In this document: piece by piece, positions 58,226 through 64,000 of the stretch
Numbering within the stretch: position 1 is the stretch's first letter
How the letters are laid out: each line of letters begins with the position of its first letter
Source of the DNA: an uncultured delta proteobacterium
GTDB lineage: Bacteria > Desulfobacterota > Syntrophia > Syntrophales > UBA2192
Length of the DNA stretch: 64,000 bases
Direction: 5' to 3'
NCBI GenBank assembly: GCA_963705165.1
Contig: CAVPJD010000011.1
Coordinates: 64,001 to 128,000, forward strand
Made by a program: the position numbers and the translations under genes
The notes under the pieces: model-generated
Told to the model about the DNA's origin: nothing
Database searches by the model: none
The model's input: only the letters and a program-made list of their open reading frames with translations

Positions 58226-58393
58226 ATGTTTCCGTTGATAGTTCTCATCTTCATGGTCTTGGTGTTGTATCTTTACTTCAATAGTCGTAGTTTTCCGATG
58301 CAGGGTGGGCACTATGATGAGATGGAGGATTTAAGACGGCAAATACGAGAACTCAAAGATGAAATCGAAAACCTGAAGAAGCGAGGTACATGA
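58226..58393 (+). CDS. Small membrane protein with a coiled-coil tail (55 aa)
   Basis: RBS GGAGG; MFPLIVLIFMVLVLYLYF...EDLRRQIRELKDEIENLKKR. Confidence 0.6.
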   Translation: MFPLIVLIFMVLVLYLYFNSRSFPMQGGHYDEMEDLRRQIRELKDEIENLKKRGT

Positions 58394-58660
58394 GGTGCGG
58401 CCGATTGGCCTCTCAGAATTTTGTATTGAATCATCTGGGTATGAACTAGGGGAGAGGACAGCATGATAGCAGAAATCACAAGACAGGTTCGAGAGGCTGA
58501 GGTACTTGACGGTGGAGAGCTTCGATGGAATCGGGGCAAAGCCTCCCCCCTCATCTAAACCATCATATCCGAAACTTACAATTTCAGCCGCACGACATCA
58601 TCATAAATCCCTGCGCAACTGGTGGTTGCTGCCGATCATTTAATCCAGCAACACCCTCCC

Positions 58661-58688
58661 TTGACAACAGAAGCCAGCGATGTAAATT
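58661..58688 (+). promoter_or_regulatory. sigma70 promoter with no clear downstream CDS
   Basis: TTGACA-16-TAAATT. Confidence 0.55.
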
Positions 58689-58694
58689 AAATGA

Positions 58695-59040
58695 GAGGTT
58701 GTGAAGGCTGAACGCCGGATTAACCTCAGCGACGGGTAAGGGAGGTGAAGCCAGTCACCCTGTTCATGTGTTTTGCGACAAGTGAATAGCTTCAACTCTG
58801 TCGCGGGATGTGCCGTCTATTGCCGGGGAAGGACAGATGATCGGGATCGGAAGCGGCAATCTGGTTGCTGCCTGGATTCAGAACGATCACGCTCCTCAAC
58901 CGTCGATAGGCGCAGATCTCGTGCAGTTCGATCCTTTCTCCGGAAAGGAGAATGAACGCATCTGAAGAGAGTCACCCTTCGCGATTCATCGATCGCGACC
59001 GAAATGTGACAATTATCTCTTCTCTTGCGTTTCTTTTTTC
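58695..59040 (+). ncRNA. Candidate structured ncRNA (unassigned)
   Basis: Consecutive nested stems downstream of the promoter, ending in a U-rich tract. Confidence 0.35.
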
Positions 59041-59044
59041 CCGT

Positions 59045-59791
59045 TCAATCTTCCTTCATTCCTTCCAGAAGCGCCATGCAGTTGTGGCCGAGGACGCGGT
59101 GGTTGTAACCGCCCTCGAGGATGGCGAAGAACCCCGCATTCGTTTTGCGGGCGGTCTCACGGACCATCCGGCCGATGTCGGTGTAATCCGACTCATTGAG
59201 AACGCCGCCCCAGTCTTCCCGGGCGTAGTCGAACCCGGCCGAAATCGCGATCACATCGAACGCCTCCGCAGCCAGGGCCTTTTCCACCTGCCTGAGGAAA
59301 TCCACCGGGGAGTTCGAAGAGGGATTGACGAGAGTGACATAGCCCTTTCCCCCGAGGATGTTCACCGTCCCGTCGCCGAAATGCAGGTCGATGTCGAGCA
59401 CGAGGGCCTTCTTGATCGTGCCGTCCTTTTTGAGCTTCTCCAGGGCGATGGCCATGTTGTTGAAATAGCAGAAGCCCCAGCAGCTGTTGGCCGAGGCATG
59501 ATGTCCCGGGGGCCGGATCAGGCCGAAGCAGGGCTCCTTCATGCCGATCTCGGCGGCCTGGATGGCGCCGCCTGCGGCAAGGGCTGCGATCTCGTAGATG
59601 CCGATCTGGCGGATGTGCTCGATGTGGTACTTCGTGTGGCAGGCGGCAATGTCGTCCTCGCCAGCGGGTTTGGCCTCCACGAAGGTGACCTTGTCCCGGA
59701 TGACGTCCATGATGGCCTCCATGCGGCCCGAGGCCGCTGCCGGATCCATCGTGTAGGACTCGATGAACTTCTCGCTCCAGACAACTTTCAT
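59045..59791 (-). CDS. Zn-dependent histone deacetylase family protein
   Basis: RPPGHHA, GFCYFNN, DIDLHFGDGT, SAGFD, LEGGY. Confidence 0.93.
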   Translation of the reverse strand: MKVVWSEKFIESYTMDPAAASGRMEAIMDVIRDKVTFVEAKPAGEDDIAACHTKYHIEHIRQIGIYEIAALAAGGAIQAAEIGMKEPCFGLIRPPGHHASANSCWGFCYFNNMAIALEKLKKDGTIKKALVLDIDLHFGDGTVNILGGKGYVTLVNPSSNSPVDFLRQVEKALAAEAFDVIAISAGFDYAREDWGGVLNESDYTDIGRMVRETARKTNAGFFAILEGGYNHRVLGHNCMALLEGMKED

Positions 59792-59903
59792 TCTCGCACC
59801 TCCTTATCAATAGGGCATCGGGAATCGGGTCTCGGGTCTGGGTGAAGAAGGATCGTCTTTTTATAGCATTCTTCTTCCTTCCCTGAACCCTATACCCTGG
59901 ACA

Positions 59904-60359
59904 TTATACCCCGTCTTTTATAAATCCCATCTGCTCGAGCAGTTTTCTCGTCGTCGGTGAGAGGTTCAGCGCCGCGGCTTCCTCCGGCGACACCCAGCGC
60001 GCATCGCTCACATCGTCGGCGGCCTGCGGTTCGCCGCCCAGGTAATCGGCCAGGAAATCGATGATGATGTAGTGATATTTGATTCCCCCTTCGGGATCCC
60101 GATCGATGAAGTCGAAAAGGTAAAAGGCCTCCTTCGCCCGGACCGTGATCCCTGTCTCCTCCAGAATCTCCCGCTCGGCCGCCTCGCGGACCGTCTCGCC
60201 GAGTTCGACAAGGCCCCCGGGGATGGCCCAGAAGCCCTTTCCCGGCGAGCTTGCCCGCTTGACGAGGAGGATGCGGCCCTCGTGGATGACAATGGCGCCC
60301 ACCCCCACCCGCGGCAGCTCCCGGTATTCGCGTCCGGGTGTTTCTTCCTTCCCGCTCAT
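59904..60359 (-). CDS. Nudix hydrolase (ADP-ribose pyrophosphatase-like)
   Basis: PGGLVELGET...A.REILEETG. Confidence 0.92.
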   Translation of the reverse strand: MSGKEETPGREYRELPRVGVGAIVIHEGRILLVKRASSPGKGFWAIPGGLVELGETVREAAEREILEETGITVRAKEAFYLFDFIDRDPEGGIKYHYIIIDFLADYLGGEPQAADDVSDARWVSPEEAAALNLSPTTRKLLEQMGFIKDGV

Positions 60360-61069
60360 GATCGGACATCTTTCCTTTTCAGCATGGCAAAGGCCCTGCG
60401 GGCTTCTTCGACAAAGGCCCTGACAAGGGCGGGATCCTTCATCCCGTCGGCTCCTTCGACCCCGGTGTGGGAATCGACGCCCGCCGGTCGGACCTGCAGG
60501 ATGGCGCAGCCGACGTTCTCCCGCGTGAGGCCCCCGGCCAGGATGACGGGCTTCACAGCCGACTCGACGATCCGGCGGCTTGCGTCCCAGTCGTGGGTCA
60601 TTCCCGTGGCACCGCTGGCGCCCGTCTGCGCATCCCAGGTATCCGTGATGAAGGCATCGACCAGGGGCCCGAATTCCCCGGCAATGCCTGCAAGCTCATC
60701 GAGATTCCCCGGCCTCATGACAAGCGACTTGATCAGGAAGAGCGCGGGGTCAGAATGCTTCAGGCGGCGCACCTCGCCCGCCGTGATATCGCCGTGCATC
60801 TGAACCCGGCGGCACCCGAGCGTGGCGGCAAGTCCTGCGATTTCCGTTGCATCCCGCAGGTAGGTGATCAGGACGGCCCGATCGCCCATGCCGAGGGAGG
60901 CAATGATCCCGGAGACCTCATCGGCAGGCAGGTCCTCCGGATGGAAATCCAGACGCAGGGGAAAGCCGAGCCAGTCCACGCCGGCTTCCAGAAGCATCTC
61001 AGCTTCTTCCAGGTTCCGGATGCCGGCGATCTGGACAAGCCCCTTCACGTCAGCCCTCTCCGCCTGCAC
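60356..61069 (-). CDS. Phosphoribosylanthranilate isomerase-like (TrpF-like) protein
   Basis: QIAGI, VQMHG, GATG.THDW, ILAGGL..ENV, GVDSHTGVE. Confidence 0.8.
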   Translation of the reverse strand: MQAERADVKGLVQIAGIRNLEEAEMLLEAGVDWLGFPLRLDFHPEDLPADEVSGIIASLGMGDRAVLITYLRDATEIAGLAATLGCRRVQMHGDITAGEVRRLKHSDPALFLIKSLVMRPGNLDELAGIAGEFGPLVDAFITDTWDAQTGASGATGMTHDWDASRRIVESAVKPVILAGGLTRENVGCAILQVRPAGVDSHTGVEGADGMKDPALVRAFVEEARRAFAMLKRKDVRS

Positions 61070-61841
61070 CGTCCCGGGTTATGGTGAACTCGCATCGCGT
61101 CTGCTCTCCCGGGCCGGGCCTGGAGTTGAAGTTGCGCTCGATGTATGTCACCCGGTCCTCCCGATCCACAAAGAGCAAGGTGGACGACCGGGTCCCGTAA
61201 ACGGGGCTCACGATGAAGCGCGCAGACAGGATCCTCTCCCAGTCCAGCCCGATTCCGGTTTCCGGCAGCAGCCTGTCCTCCGCGATCGAGCGATCCGACA
61301 GGATGCCGAAGAGCGACTCGGGATCCGGGTCTTCGTCTCGGGACAGGAGCTCGCCGAATGCCGCCTTACCCAGGGCCACCTTCGGCCAGGGCGTGTCGAG
61401 AAGGTGGTTGCTCAGGCCGTAGATCCCCGGTGTCAGTGCGATGACGCCGCCCTTGCGGTTGGAGTAGTAGTCAAGCTCGCCAGTCGATCCGACGATGAGA
61501 TTGAAGCCGTTGTACTGCACCCCCTTCCGGCTGACCTGTTCGAGGTAGCCGGCGGGATCGGCAGGCCCGAGGAGATAGTCCGTCAGCAGGAGTCCACGCG
61601 ACGGCGCCTCGTTGCGGTGAGACCGGGGGTCTCGATAGTTCGTAATGGCCGCGATCCGGCCCGAACGGGTGATGCCGAACCAGGTGCCGCCGCCCTGCAG
61701 GTCCTTTCCGGCCAGAAGATCCGGCGCCTCGGGCCAGAAAGAGGCCCGCTGCGAAGGCCGGTCATAGAACTCGTCGCGGTTGGCTGCGATAATGAGCCGG
61801 TACTTCGGGTGGAACTCGAAAGCACAGAAGAAGAGGCACAT
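61050..61841 (-). CDS. NRDE/TANGO2 family protein
   Basis: MCL start, AANRDEFY.RP, GGTW, SRG.L, LSNH, YGTRS. Confidence 0.93.
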   Translation of the reverse strand: MCLFFCAFEFHPKYRLIIAANRDEFYDRPSQRASFWPEAPDLLAGKDLQGGGTWFGITRSGRIAAITNYRDPRSHRNEAPSRGLLLTDYLLGPADPAGYLEQVSRKGVQYNGFNLIVGSTGELDYYSNRKGGVIALTPGIYGLSNHLLDTPWPKVALGKAAFGELLSRDEDPDPESLFGILSDRSIAEDRLLPETGIGLDWERILSARFIVSPVYGTRSSTLLFVDREDRVTYIERNFNSRPGPGEQTRCEFTITRDGAGGEG

Positions 61842-61854
61842 GGTCCGGTCCTTC

Positions 61855-62655
61855 TCAGGCGGCTGTTTTGCCGGTGACACCCAGGTTGCGCTTGACCGCC
61901 TGCAGGATGAGCGGCATCACCTCTCCGGCTTTCCCGTGAATGACCACATCGGCCTGGTCATCGAAGTCCGTCGCGGTGAGATTGACGATCACGACGGCCG
62001 CCCCTGCTTCCTTGGCATAGACAGGCATGTACGCCGCCGGGTAGACGACCAGCGACGAGCCTACGACGATGAGCAGATCGCACCGCTGGGAGTGATGAAC
62101 GGATTGCCGGAGCGCCTCTGCGGGAAGCTGCTCGCCGAAGAAAATCACGTCGGGCTTGAGGATGCCGTCACATTCGGGGCACAGGGGCGCCTCGTCTTCC
62201 AGCCTGATGCTCCCGAGGAGATCCTCCATGGAATATCGCTTAAAGCATCCCAGGCACTTGGCGAAATTCATGGTGCCGTGAAGCTCGAAGACTTTTTCGG
62301 GGGAATTGCCCGCCTTCTGGTGCAGGTTGTCGATGTTCTGCGTGATGACGCATTCGAGCTTTCCGAGTTTCTCCATCTCGGCTACGGCAAGGTGGGCCTC
62401 GTTGGGCTTCGCGTTGACGATGAGCCCGCTTGCGATGAGAAGCTTCCATTGCTTGAGGCGCGTCTCGGCACTCGCGAGAAATCGGAAGATGGTGAATTCC
62501 TCGGGGTCGAAGCGGGACCAGATCCCGCCGGGACTTCGAAAATCTGGGATGCCCGACTCCGTGCTGGCCCCCGCCCCGGTGAAGACGACGATCCGCTTCG
62601 CACCGGCTATCAGACCGGCTGTTTTCTCCACGGCCTCCAGAAGCATGTCGCCCAT
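61855..62655 (-). CDS. cobB: Sir2 family NAD-dependent protein deacylase
   Basis: TGAGASTESGIPDFR, TQNIDNLH, HG..C..C, C..C, GSSL. Confidence 0.93.
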   Translation of the reverse strand: MGDMLLEAVEKTAGLIAGAKRIVVFTGAGASTESGIPDFRSPGGIWSRFDPEEFTIFRFLASAETRLKQWKLLIASGLIVNAKPNEAHLAVAEMEKLGKLECVITQNIDNLHQKAGNSPEKVFELHGTMNFAKCLGCFKRYSMEDLLGSIRLEDEAPLCPECDGILKPDVIFFGEQLPAEALRQSVHHSQRCDLLIVVGSSLVVYPAAYMPVYAKEAGAAVVIVNLTATDFDDQADVVIHGKAGEVMPLILQAVKRNLGVTGKTAA

Positions 62656-62872
62656 GACTAAAGTCTCCCCGGCGCTCGGATCACCCCGAATACCCGCCGG
62701 GGCAGCACCTGGTCATGCATAGTACATTTCGGGGGAAAAAGAAAGGCTCGGTCGAAGGCCGACGCCTTCAGGCACGAGGTCCGAGGAACGAGGATCGAGG
62801 AGATAATGGATATGATTGCCTTGAGGCTTGTGGCTCCTCTTGACACGCTACCCGCTACACGCTACACGCTTT

Positions 62873-64000
<1,128 letters not shown>

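Noticed and set aside
58463..58558. 31-codon ORF MIAEITRQ...
   Set aside because: Too short and no recognisable similarity; cannot be supported

Overview
GC-rich bacterial chromosome segment; gene content (many sigma54 systems, a Syntrophus-type thiolase) suggests an anaerobic Syntrophales-like deltaproteobacterium (inference). Layout: (1) 1-12 kb, signalling genes: a degenerate PAS pseudokinase, an NtrC-type regulator, a 2010-aa multi-PAS kinase, tRNA-Ala(CGC), pilT and a TPR protein. (2) About 12.2-36.9 kb, an arsenic/thiol-redox stress region: two duplicated arsR-permease units, a USP protein, an Acr3-USP-USP fusion, arsC, arsM, many thioredoxin-fold proteins, CcdA, VKOR-like/DsbA fusions, PadR and an HgcC-like AbrB-fold regulator. 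It hides three genes that the ORF track splits at in-frame UGA codons. Each UGA sits at a Cys position or selenoprotein motif and is followed by a SECIS-like hairpin: a glutaredoxin-like protein with two UGAs, a C-GCAxxG-C-C protein and a CoA-disulfide-reductase-like flavoprotein. (3) 37-48 kb: a Cache protein, a molybdopterin oxidoreductase, an amidohydrolase in an integron-type cassette (clear attC, attI-like site, no integrase), and a ZraSR/ZraP-like sigma54 system. (4) 48-58 kb: uvrC, uvrB and rpmH-rnpA-yidD-yidC-jag-mnmE, followed by MITE-like remnants and a candidate structured ncRNA. (5) 59-64 kb: a sirtuin-NRDE-TrpF-like-Nudix-HDAC operon and a partial hybrid kinase. All family assignments come from motif recognition by eye; no searches were run.
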